DNA from: Natator depressus
Lineage: Eukaryota
Length of the DNA stretch: 64,000 bases
NCBI RefSeq assembly: GCF_965152275.1
Contig: NC_134234.1
Span: 39,522,920 to 39,586,919 of the forward strand
Direction of reading: 5' to 3'
Numbering within the stretch: position 1 is the first letter of the stretch; every line of letters starts with the position of its first letter. The notes below the pieces were generated by a model. It searched no databases. It was not told the origin of the DNA and saw only the letters and a list, made by a program, of their open reading frames with translations. The translations under genes and the position numbers were made by a program. Positions 48,098 to 58,775 of this stretch are shown here, in pieces.

Positions 48098-48828
48098 GTA
48101 AGTAGTCCGTGTAGTTCTTCATTGTCTGAAACTTCAGATGTGGTTCATGTACCGCATGATTTTGGCTTAAGTCACTGAGAAGAAAGAGAAATGCTAGGGA
48201 AAAATGCAAGTTTCCCCTAGACAGAAAAAATAAATTAAGCGGTCCCAAAATCACCCAGGGATCGGCAACCCAACAGTTTCTGAAACATTGAATAAAAGTG
48301 CAGAAAGAGGAGGCAACTGACAAGCAGCTTGGGCTAACGTATTTCACTTTATAAAAATGTGCCTGTGTAGTGCTCTGGGGGCTCTGTTATTCAGTAGCAC
48401 CCACAGTGTGCTAGGTACTGGTCAAACACCTGAACACAGTCTGTGAGTTGAAGAGTTTTCAGTATAATACCACCACCTTTATGAAGAGAGGGGAGGCGGT
48501 ATAAAGATGTATATATTTTTAACTACACATTTTTATATAAGTGTCAGTTATTCCTACCTGCCCATCAGTCTACCTATTATTAGTTGACTAAATCTTTTAG
48601 CACTGCTAGGTAGAGGGGAAGAAACAATTAAAACTAAACAAATAGACCAATATCAAGCAAACTAGGCCCTTCCAAATCCTCAAAGTCCTTCAGATCCAGA
48701 ACTCACTATTTTCCCTCTAGGTCTGTCATGAGAAAACCAGAGGTTTTAGTTTGAGTTCTGGAGATAGTCTCAACTACCACAGACAGGGAGAGGGTGATCA
48801 CTGAATAGGAATAATTTAAAGCTTTAAA

Positions 48829-49818
48829 TTGAAACCAGTGCCCCATAACCTCAGCCGTGCAGAACACAATGCCATCCACAGCCTCAGAAACAACTCTGAC
48901 ATCATAATCAAAAAGGCTGACAAAGGAGGTGCTGTTGTCATCATGAATAGGTCGGAATATGAACAAGAGGCTGCTCGGCAGCTCTCCAACACCACTTTTT
49001 ACAAGCCATTACCCTCTGATCCCACTGAGAGTTACCAAAAGCATCTACAGCATTTGCTCAAGAAACTTCCTGAAAAAGCGCAAGATCAAATCCGCACAGA
49101 CACACCCCTGGAACCCCGACCTGGGATATTCTATCTACTACCCAAGATCCATAAACCTGGAAATCCTGGACGCCCCATCATCTCAGGCATTGGCACCCTG
49201 ACAGCAGGATTGTCCGGCTATGTAGACTCACTCCTCAGGCCCTACGCTACCAGCACTCCCAGCTACCTTCGAGACACCACTGACTTCCTGAGGAAACTAC
49301 AATCCATTGGTGATCTTCCTGATAACACCATCCTGGCCACTATGGATGTAGAAGCCCTCTACACCAACATTCCACACAAAGATGGACTACAAGCCATCAA
49401 GAACACTATCCCCGATAATGTCACGGCTAACCTGGTGGCTGAACTTTGTGACTTTGTCCTTACCCATAACTATTTTACATTTGGGGACAATGTATACCTT
49501 CAGATCAGCGGCACTGCTATGGGTACCCGCATGGCCCCACAGTATGCCAACATTTTTATGGCTGATTTAGAACAACGCTTCCTCAGCTCTCGTCCCCTAA
49601 CGCCCCTACTTTACTTGCGCTATATTGATGACATCTTCATCATCTGGACCCATGGAAAAGAAGCCCTTGAGGAATTCCACCATGATTTCAACAATTTCCA
49701 TCCCACCATCAACCTCAGCCTGGTCCAGTCCACACATGAGATCCACTTCCTGGACACTACAGTGCTAATAAACGATGGTCACATCAATCAACACCACCCT
49801 ATACCGGAAACCTACTGA
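48829..49818 (+). CDS. PLE reverse transcriptase ORF
   Basis: 329-aa ORF with Penelope-type RT motifs. The N-terminal part of the protein is probably truncated or decayed upstream. Confidence 0.8.
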   Translation: MKPVPHNLSRAEHNAIHSLRNNSDIIIKKADKGGAVVIMNRSEYEQEAARQLSNTTFYKPLPSDPTESYQKHLQHLLKKLPEKAQDQIRTDTPLEPRPGIFYLLPKIHKPGNPGRPIISGIGTLTAGLSGYVDSLLRPYATSTPSYLRDTTDFLRKLQSIGDLPDNTILATMDVEALYTNIPHKDGLQAIKNTIPDNVTANLVAELCDFVLTHNYFTFGDNVYLQISGTAMGTRMAPQYANIFMADLEQRFLSSRPLTPLLYLRYIDDIFIIWTHGKEALEEFHHDFNNFHPTINLSLVQSTHEIHFLDTTVLINDGHINQHHPIPETY

Positions 49819-50707
49819 CCGCTATTCCTACCTACATGCCTCCAGCTTTCACCCTGACCACACCACACGATCCATCGTCTACAGCCAAGCTCTGCGATAC
49901 AACCGCATTTGCTCCAACCCCTCAGACAGAGACAAACACCTACAAGATCTCTATCAAGCATTCTTACAACTACAATACCCACCTGCGGAAGTGAAGAAAC
50001 AGATTGATAGAGCCAGAAGAGTTCCCAGAAGTCACCTACTACAGGACAGGCCTAACAAAGAAAATAACAGAACGCCACTAGCCGTCACCTTCAGCCCCCA
50101 ACTAAAACCCCTCCAACGCATTATTAAGGATCTACAACCTATCCTGAAGGATGACCCAACACTCTCACAAATCTTGGGAGAAAGGCCAGTCCTTGCCTAC
50201 AGACAGCCCCCCAACCTGAAGCGAATACTCACCAACAACCACATACCACACAACAGAACCACTAACCCAGGAACCTATCCTTGCAACAAAGCCCGTTGCC
50301 AACTGTGCCCACATATCTATTCAGGGAACACCATCACAGGGCCTAACAACATCAGCCACACTATCAGAGGCTCGTTCACCTGCACATCCACCAATGTGAT
50401 ATATGCCATCATGTGCCAGCAATGCCCCTCTGCCATGTACATTGGTCAAACTGGACAGTCTCTACGTAAAAGAATAAATGGACACAAATCAGATGTTAAG
50501 AATTATAACATTCATAAACCAGTCGGAGAACACTTCAATCTCTCTGGTCACGCAATCACAGACATGAGGGTCGCTATCTTAAAGCAAAAAAACTTCAAAT
50601 CCAGACTCCAGCGAGAAACTGCTGAATTGGAATTCATTTGCAAATTGGATACTATTAATTTGGGCTTGAATAGAGACTGGGAGTGGCTAAGTCATTATGC
50701 AAGGTAG
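49775..50707 (+). CDS. PLE RT C-terminal linker + GIY-YIG endonuclease ORF
   Basis: 310-aa ORF. The GIY-YIG core IYAIMCQQC..YIGQTGQSLRKRINGHK...N...GLN fits the Penelope EN domain. Overlaps the RT ORF in a different frame, so a single indel is presumed. Confidence 0.8.
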   Translation: MVTSINTTLYRKPTDRYSYLHASSFHPDHTTRSIVYSQALRYNRICSNPSDRDKHLQDLYQAFLQLQYPPAEVKKQIDRARRVPRSHLLQDRPNKENNRTPLAVTFSPQLKPLQRIIKDLQPILKDDPTLSQILGERPVLAYRQPPNLKRILTNNHIPHNRTTNPGTYPCNKARCQLCPHIYSGNTITGPNNISHTIRGSFTCTSTNVIYAIMCQQCPSAMYIGQTGQSLRKRINGHKSDVKNYNIHKPVGEHFNLSGHAITDMRVAILKQKNFKSRLQRETAELEFICKLDTINLGLNRDWEWLSHYAR

Positions 50708-51150
50708 CCTATCTCCCCTTGTTTTTTTCCTACAAACCCCCCCCCCCCCCAAGACGTTCTGGTTAAACTTGGATTATTGCTGTGCACATTGTAAGATGAG
50801 CTATTGCCAGCAGGAGAGTGAGTTTGTGTGTGTGGTTTTTGGAGGGGTGTGTGTGTGTGTGGGGGGGTGAGAAAACCTGGATTAGTGCTGGAAATGACCC
50901 ACCTTGATTATCATGCGCATTATAAAGAGAGGTTTCAAAGAGGGATGGGCTATTACCAGCAGGAGAGTGAGTTTGTATGTGTGTCTGGGGGGGGGGGAGG
51001 GTGAGAAAACCTGGATTTGTGCTGGAAATGGCCTTCCTTGATGATCACTTTAGATAAGCTGTTAGCAGCAGGACAGTGGGGTGGGAGGAAGTTTTGTTTC
51101 ATGGTCTCTGTGTGTATATAATGTCTTCTGCAGTTTCCACGATATGCTAT

Positions 51151-51192
51151 GCATCCGATGAAGTGAGCTGTAGCTCACGAAAGCTCATGCTC
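51151..51192 (+). ncRNA. Hammerhead-ribozyme-like motif in the PLE tail (minimal helix III type)
   Basis: CCGATGA-A-GTGAGC-TGTA-GCTCAC-GAAA-GCTCATGC-TC. It has the GAUGA core, a perfect 6-bp helix II with a 4-nt loop, GAAA, a very short helix III and a UC cleavage-site candidate. It deviates from the CUGAUGA consensus at one position (U to C), so catalytic competence is uncertain. Confidence 0.35.
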
Positions 51193-52094
51193 AAATAAAC
51201 TGGTTAGTCTCTAAGGTGCCACAAGTACTCCTTTTTCTTTTTTCTTTTTAGTGTCTGTAAAGTTGAGAACCAAGAACCCTGGAGTTCTAATTCAGCCCCT
51301 GACCTTGGTTAAGTCATTTAACCCCTGTCTGTTTCAGGATTCCCTGTTTCATATGGGTGTTTAGTAACTACTTGTAAAGGTCTAAAATGCTAAATATTAT
51401 TGACAGATGCTGTCTTTCCCTTTGAAAGTTCGGTTGTCTGCTGCTAGTAGAAAGGCTTTGTCTGACTCCCTCATCACAGTCACTGCACAAATCAACTCTT
51501 CAGTGGGAGTCTTATCTCTCTTAAATTGAATTTTTACTCAACATGAATTGGGAACTCTGTCTGTTCTCACATGCAGCATCATAAGTAAAACTACAAATCA
51601 GCCTGGCTGCAAGCAAAGTGCTAATCAGTACAGTAGAGATGCTGTCTCTGCCTGGCCATTGAGTTATTCCAAGGGCACTGAGTATTTCCTGTTGTTGGAA
51701 TTTTGTTTCTGTATTGGAGAACTTTCCAGACCTGTCACCAATTTGAATTTTTTGAAGATTCTGCGGTGTACCTGTCTCAAGCTCATTGTGGTATTTAACA
51801 TCTGCAGACCAGACATAAGCAAGCAAATCTCACAACCAAACTAGATTCCGGATAAAATTTGATAGCAGCTCCTCATTTCTAGGAATTGGGATATTCCTCC
51901 TTTTAAATGTAAAGCAGGATGTATTAGCTTTTGGAATTCGGAATCCTAAATCTTACTCTCTAGAATCCTTCTGTGCTTCAATAACTGGTACATCTATTAC
52001 TGATAGTAATCTTTGTACAGTGATATGATCCTTATCTAGAAGGGAATACAGTTGCTCTAAATCTACTGTAAGCATCATTTCTTTGCTTATTTAG

Positions 52095-52249
52095 GCTCTC
52101 AAGAGTAGCAGAAGATGCAATTAGGGATTACTTTGAAGCTCGTCTTGCCTTGTTGGAGCCTGTCTTTCCGATTGCATGTCACCGTCTCTGTGAAGGACCA
52201 GATTTTTCTATGGATTTCAACTATAAACCCCCACAGAATGTGCCAGAAG
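52095..52249 (+). CDS. MPHOSPH8: MPHOSPH8 exon 11
   Basis: Acceptor tatttag ends at 52094. Encodes LSRVAEDAIRDYFEARLALLEPVFPIACHRLCEGPDFSMDFNYKPPQNVPE(G) (human: LSRVAEETIKDYFEARLALLEPVFPIACHRLCEGPDFSTDFNYKPPQNIPEG). GTAAGA donor at 52250. Confidence 0.93.
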
Positions 52250-52916
52250 GTAAGATTAGAATCTGTTTCTAATCTGCAGCTAAAACAATGTATGGTATTA
52301 CACAACGCTAATTTAACCATAAATTCCATCTTTTCAGAAACGTCCCCTTAGTTATTTTTTTTTAACCAAACATCCTCCCTACTTCATTCCTTTTGGCCTT
52401 ATAACTCACTCATTTTTCAGGGCCTTCCTTCTACTTGTTAGTCAGGTCCTTTCTTTACAACATACATTTCCGTTGCCAAACTTAAGCTAACTCTAATTCT
52501 TTAATTTCATATTTATCCTACACCTTGCCCCAATGACAAAGGCGGTCATCCTGCAATGAGCTTGCTTTCCATTAGTTTGGGAGTCTAGAATCTTTGTGGT
52601 TTTGAACAGCAACACTATGGACTAGTTATGCATCACCAAAGCAGTAAAATTTAGTATTTGTCAATATTTGCCAACAACCAAAATGGCGATCTTATAATAA
52701 TGTACAGTGTATTAGTATGAAGTTCTGTTTTGTTTAAAAACAAAAACCACAGTACCCTCCATCTAAATAAGGATTTAGTCAAGATACAGTGGATCTAGTT
52801 TTTGGTCTCCTTTACCAGTTTGGGGATGGGGGTGTAACTTTTTAAAATCATAAACCTTCTAATTTCAGATTGATCAATTTCATAAAGAAAATGTGATCTA
52901 ATTGTCCTCTCTTTAG

Positions 52917-53044
52917 GATCTGGAATTCTTCTGTTTGTTTTCCATTCAAACTTCTTTGGTAAAGAAGTCATTGCTCGGCTCTGCGGACCATGCAGTGTGC
53001 AAGCAGTGGTTTTAAATGATAAATTCCAGCTTCCTGTATTTTTG
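52917..53044 (+). CDS. MPHOSPH8: MPHOSPH8 exon 12
   Basis: Acceptor ctctttag ends at 52916. Encodes (G)SGILLFVFHSNFFGKEVIARLCGPCSVQAVVLNDKFQLPVFL (human: GSGILLFIFHANFLGKEVIARLCGPCSVQAVVLNDKFQLPVFL). GTAAGT donor at 53045. Confidence 0.93.
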
Positions 53045-53763
53045 GTAAGTATTGTTCATTTAACTAGTTAATCTGCTTTTATAGCACCTCTACAAAAAAC
53101 AAACTTGTAATCTGTGTAATTTCAAGGGATTTGAGGTGTACTTCAGTCCCAGAATATTTCTCGTGACAGACCTTTTAATATAGTAAATTGCAGAGGTTTC
53201 TTCGTTTCAGAACAGATTTAAAAAAAAAAAAAACACTGTAGAGAAACTGCAGTAGAAATGGTTATTAAATATTCCCATTTTCCTGTCTTCAAGGCTAGTG
53301 AAGATCAGAGATGAAGCACTGTCAATAGGGAGTTGAGCAGGAAGTGGGCAAATTGTCAATCTTAGTACCTTTTCTGGTCAGCTTCAGTCAATGACATGAG
53401 AATTTCAAAAGCTCAAGAATCCCAGTCTCTTAGCCATGAAAGAACTAAGTTTGAGTTAAACTGCTTTGTATTAAGTATACTATCCTGAAATTTGTAGCAA
53501 TTAAACTTGTATTCCTAAGTTTACCTTTCATTAGTGCTTCAATATAATCACATTCCCTAGTTCTGTTTCTTCACAGAGAATGATGCACGTACCCCAAAGG
53601 GCTTAATTAATGTTGTCTCTGAACTATCTTTCCAAAAATACACTTGTAGCTATGGATGAGATGTTCTTAACTCCGATCTCTGTGCTTCTCTGGGCACTTT
53701 GAGGTTAAATGCAGAAGTGTTTGCCACACACCAACACTAACTTATTGTAATTTTTTCTTTTAG

Positions 53764-53847
53764 GATAGTCACTTTATTTATTCCTTCAGTCCTGTTACAG
53801 GCCTTAACAAGCTTTTTATACGGTTGACAGAAGCGCCTGCTGCCAAG
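53764..53847 (+). CDS. MPHOSPH8: MPHOSPH8 exon 13
   Basis: Acceptor ttttcttttag ends at 53763. Encodes DSHFIYSFSPVTGLNKLFIRLTEAPAAK (human: DSHFVYSFSPVAGPNKLFIRLTEAPSAK). GTGAGA donor at 53848. Confidence 0.93.
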
Positions 53848-54942
53848 GTGAGACATGCTTACCTGTCCAAAATGTGCGTAATAAGGTGGTGGTAGAGCGA
53901 TTTTTATTTTGACAGATGTTTCAATGTCTTTCTCTTCCAGGAGTCTCAGTACTACAAATTATAGGCCTGGCCTATAAATGTAAAATTATTTAAGGTGTTC
54001 CTTATTTCCTTCCCTTCAATTCAGTAGCCAACCCTTTTCAGCCCCTGTCCCACTCTATCTGTGATTTTGCCAAAAGTCACTTAGGGTCACTGCTGAGGAG
54101 ATTCACTTTGAAGTTGGAAATATTTCCATCATGAATAAACAATAGCCAGAGTAATTCATACCCCAGAACAAAGTGCTTAAATTGCAGTAGGACTAAATTA
54201 TTGCAAATGGTGTTTACTAGGTCAGTAATAGGGAGCAAGTAAAGGTAGCAGCTACCAGATGTGCACTGAATGATGTGGGCACAGACCAACTACCAGCCAT
54301 CTTTTGTTAAACCTGTGTAACTGGTTTCAGTGCTATGGAAAGTTCAGAAGCTGTTACTCAAGAGCATGCATTGAAGTGAGGGTGTGCAATTTCCTTTTTA
54401 GAAGTGTAGAAAGTCTGCTAGATGCTGCCAGATAGTTCCTGCAGTGGTCACAATAGTCACCACAAGAGTAACGATAGTTTGATTCTGTCTAATAACACTT
54501 CTGGGAGGAGGAGTTGTGGTTCTTATTCGCTCTAGCACTACAGAATAATGAGGTTTTCCTGTATTTAATTATGCTGCCTATCAAATACAGTAGCATTTCA
54601 TCCAAAAAGCTTTTCTAACAACCTGATTGCTGGCTAACATGATAAAGGAAGGTAATTCTATTGAAGCTCCTGGTCAAGGTTTGGAGTACGCTAATTTACA
54701 AACTTGTTTGCTGTATGAACAGAGGATGCTTAAAGTACTTTACTTTCCTTTTTAATTTTGATTTTCAAACTGTTCATTTTAGAATATGGGTCCAAAAAAT
54801 TCTGATCCACCAAGTACAGATTATATAAACTCCATTTTCTTCAGTTACTAGCAAGTTTCCTCCACCTCCCCTTTACTCAGTATTTTTACCTTTGTGCAAG
54901 ATATATGGATAGTCATTTGAAGCATTTTTTCCCTTCTTACAG

Positions 54943-54984
54943 GTAAAGTTGCTAATGGGGGCATACAGAGTGCAGTTGCAGTGA
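54943..54984 (+). CDS. MPHOSPH8: MPHOSPH8 terminal coding exon 14 (with stop codon)
   Basis: Acceptor ccttcttacag ends at 54942. Encodes VKLLMGAYRVQLQ then TGA at 54982-54984 (human C-terminus VKLLIGAYRVQLQ*). The 3' UTR follows. The nearest AATAAA candidates are at about 55761 and 55779, but I cannot place the poly(A) site from sequence alone. Confidence 0.88.
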   Translation, partial: VKLLMGAYRVQLQ

Positions 54985-57194
54985 CCTCATGAAGTTGCAA
55001 GAATAATGATTTCACTGAACTCTTTGGACATACTTCTGGTTCCTCCCTCCATTTAAAGACTGATAAAGCAGTTTGGAACTTTTGGCACATCCACTATTCT
55101 CAGATCGTGTTCCCACTTTAACACATTTAATCAGGCAATCTATATTTGAAAGTACCTGTTGGATAGCTGATCAATGTTCTACTCGAATTGGTGGGACAGG
55201 TGTCAATTTTATTTTGTACAGGTGTAGATGTAAGTATTTGTGCCAATACCTGTAATTCCATTTTTTCTTTAATATGTAGAGTGAGCCCAGACTGCATATT
55301 TCAGCTTTTCCACAATGTGGAATGGTGCATATAAGAGCTAGTTAAGAAAATTAGAGGAAATGTCCTTTTTTTTTATAGTAATTATGAAGATCTTCACTTG
55401 TAAACTAAAATTTTCTACTTGTCCTAATGGTAATGTTTCTATGTAAAATGCAAAGCTGTCATATTCTTGGAGCAGTGGGCAGAACTAACTTCAAAGTTGC
55501 TGCATTACAGACTTAACCTTGAGTTGCTAAGGGCTGCATTCTTAATGGTGGATAAAGGAGATCTGTCATCAGTGGGACTTCATGTCAAGAATAAGCTAGC
55601 AGTTACACTTAAATGATGATTCCTTCAAGTAATGCCTACATTTGTTTTGAAAGTATAGTTTATATTAAAGTTTAAAATCTACTTTTATATTGGAGAAACA
55701 ATTGATAGTTTTACAGATAATCTGAATCTTTCAGGTCGTCTTGTGTAGACATAGAGGAAAATAAACACATACCTACCAATAAACTAGAAAACTTGTAATT
55801 ACTTTCAATAGCCAGATGATACTTTTGTAGACAAAAGGATGCTCACCGGGTTCAGACCATCTAAAACCTTTGAAGTGGGATTTCATATATTACCCTCTAA
55901 TCCAGACATTAGTTCCTCAATGCAAAGAGCTGCTATCTTTTATCTTTAAATGACCTGTTTTATCAGATGACAGCATTTCTGGAATGGTTTTGTGCTGTTA
56001 AATACAGATGTAAAACTTCTGCATGAAGTATAGAACAATATTTTTGTTTGTAAATTAAACGTCACTTTGAAAGGTAAAAATCCAGATTGTGCCTTTGCTG
56101 TTCTGGTTGCTGTGTGTAATTTACATGCCGCTATGTGCCTATATTGTTACCAAAACTATTTGTGGAAGAAATGCTTATTGTATTAGAGTGCTCACCATTA
56201 AAACAGTGCAACTGTATTATGTATCCTTTTTAAGAACTGTGATTTTATGTAACTTCAAACAGATTAACTTCTGGTTCTGAAAGAAAAGCTAAAGGATTTA
56301 ACTTTTTAAAAACATGAAACTTTTTAGATACCAAATTACAATAGTTTTAATTAAAGCACATGATTTCAGTCTTGTGGAATGTCACATTAAACTCAATAAA
56401 ACTAGAACAGTGACATATGCCCTTTGCAAATATACATTCTACTTTGGATCAAAATAGCTGTTTATCCTTTTTTATTTAAACACTATGTATGGAAATTAAC
56501 AAATGTGTTCTGGGGGAGATGTAGCTACTCTGCAAACATTTTGTAATGTTATACCTCACTTATTACTTCACTTTCACACATCATATTATTATGTTGAACA
56601 CCAGTTCAGGATCAAGTACATTTGGGAATCTTGTATAAGTGCACTTTTCATATTTTGTGTGTTGCCTTGTTAGCAGTTTACTCATCTTAAACTCTGCTGT
56701 TGTGAAATAAACCTGAGTTTCAGAGGGCTTGCTCCAATAGAAGTCAGAAGCAAAACTTGCATTGATTTCAATAGGAACAGGATCTGTTCCTGAATGCCTC
56801 AATTTTCCTATTTCAGAAGTTTTTTTTCATACGTGTAGTGGACTAGAGTAGTCATTTCTCAGTTAGTTTTACAATTCCATATGTATGCATAGTACCTTCA
56901 ACAAAATGTGATTGATGTGCCAGAGTGCATTACAGAGTGACATCTCTTTTCTACTGAAATCTTCAATGATGGAGGTTTGAGGAATTCAAGAGCTGTGTGA
57001 GGACTGGGACAAAAGATCTTTTAACAGATTACCTTAAGCAGTCTTATTTTATAAACATAGCCACCACTTGGAAATTACTCTCTCCAGTGCAAGGTACATA
57101 AAACTAACCTAAAACATTTCCAGGAACATCCGTTGCTGCTCTCCAAGTTACCATGGTTTGTCAGTGCTTGGAGGTTTTCTTTGGGGGGAGGGGA

Positions 57195-58775
57195 AGAAAT
57201 AAGCAAATTGATGCTTTTTTTGGTCAAATGTTCTTTTTTCCTATCAAACAATGAGATCAAGAGTGAGACTACATAAACGATAGGGCTGTCAAGGATTAAT
57301 CACGCTGTTAATAATAAATACCATTTATTTAAATATTTTTGGATGTTTTCTACATTTTCAAATATTGATTTCAGTTACAACACAGAATATGTGTACAGTG
57401 CTCACTTTGCTTTTTACAATGTAAATGTAATCAAAAATAAAAAATTGTATTTTTCAATTCACCTAACACAGGTACTGTAGTGCATTGTCTTTATCCTGAA
57501 AGTTGAACTTACAAATGTAGAGCTTTTACCAAAAAAAACCCTGCATTTAATGTAAAACTGTAGAGCCTATACATCCACTCAGTCCTACTTCAGCCAATCA
57601 CTCAAACAAGTTTTGTTACAATTTGCAGAAAGTAATGCTGCCTGCTTCTTGTTTACAATGTCACTTGAAAGAAAGAATAGGCATTCACATGGCACTGTTG
57701 TAGCCAGTGTTGCAAGATATTTACATGCCAGATGCGCAAAAGATTCATATGTAACTTCATGCTTCACCATTCCAGAGGAGATGCATCTATGCTGATCGAT
57801 TACGATCTAAAGCAGAGCGGACTGATGCATGTTCATTTTCATCATCTGAGTCAGATGCCACCAGCAGAAGGTTGATTTTCTTTTTTGGTGGTTTGGGTTA
57901 TGTAGTTTCTGTATCTGAGTGTTGCTCTTCTAAGAATTCTGAAAGCATGCTGCACACCCCTTCCCTCTCACATTTTGGAAGGCACTTCAGAGTCTTAAAC
58001 CTTGGGTCAAGTGCTGTAGCTATTTTTAGAAATCTCACATTAGTACCTTCTTTGTGTTTTGTCAAATCTGCTGTGGAAGTGTTCTTAAAATGAACAACGT
58101 GCTGGGTAATCATCCGAGACTATTATAACATGAAATATATGGCAGAATGCAAGTAAAACAGAACCGAGACATACAATTCTCCGCACAAGGAGTTTGGTCA
58201 CAAATTTAATTAACACTTAAAAAAAAGGCATCAGCCGCATGGAAGCATGACGGGGCATACAAAGGTTTAGCATATCTGGCACGTAAATACCTTGCAATGC
58301 TGGCTACAAAAGTGTCATGCAAATGCCTGTTCTCATTTTCAGGTGACACTTTAAATAAGAACTGGGCAGCATTATTTCCCGTAAATGTTTGTCTTGGCAA
58401 TTGGCTGAACAAGAAGTAGGACTGAGTGGTCTTGTAGGCTCTAAAGTTTTGCATTGTTTTGTTTTTGAGTGCAGTTAGGTAACACAAAATCTACACTTGT
58501 AAGTTACACTTTCACAATAAAGAGATTGCACTACAGTACTTAAAATACTATTTCTTTTGTTTACAAATATTTGCCCTGTAAAAATGATCAAAAATAATAT
58601 AAAGTGAGCACTGTACATTCTGTGTTGTAATAAATCAATATATTTGAAAAATGTAGAAAAACATCCCAAAATATTTAAATTCCAAGTGGTATTCCATTGT
58701 TTAACAGTGCAATTCATCATGATTAATTTTTTTGAGTTAATCACGTGAGTTAGCAGCGATTAATCAACATCCCAA
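57195..58775. mobile_element. Palindromic hAT-derived non-autonomous element, copy C (complete, uninterrupted, about 1.6 kb)
   Basis: Collinear with copy B over its whole length apart from the Penelope insertion. Left arm with hATC on the minus strand (ORF 57585..57770: VKHEVTYESFAHLACKYLATLATTVPCECLFFLSSDIVNKKQAA). Right arm 58230-58400 in plus orientation (HGSMTGHTKV*HIWHVNTLQCWLQKCHANACSHFQVTL..). Termini tagggctgtcaaggattaatcacg (57281) and ...gttagcagcgattaatcaac (about 58770). Confidence 0.75.

Larger units (their letters stand above)
48700..51240 (+). mobile_element. Penelope-like element (PLE), nearly intact: RT + GIY-YIG endonuclease, hammerhead-like tail
   Basis: ORF 48829..49818 is a PLE/TERT-like RT (LLPKIHKPGNPGRPIISGIGTLT..., ATMDVEALYTNIPH, YLRYIDDIFIIW). 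ORF 49775..50707 continues with a linker and a GIY-YIG nuclease (IYAIMCQQCPSAMYIGQTGQSLRKRINGHKSDV...RETAELEFICKLDTINLGLNRDWEW). One frameshift at about 49790 separates them. The tail 50700-51240 has internal tandem repeats of about 150 bp (50790-50885 and 50940-51045) and the terminal tctctaaggtgccacaagtactcc. Confidence 0.85.
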
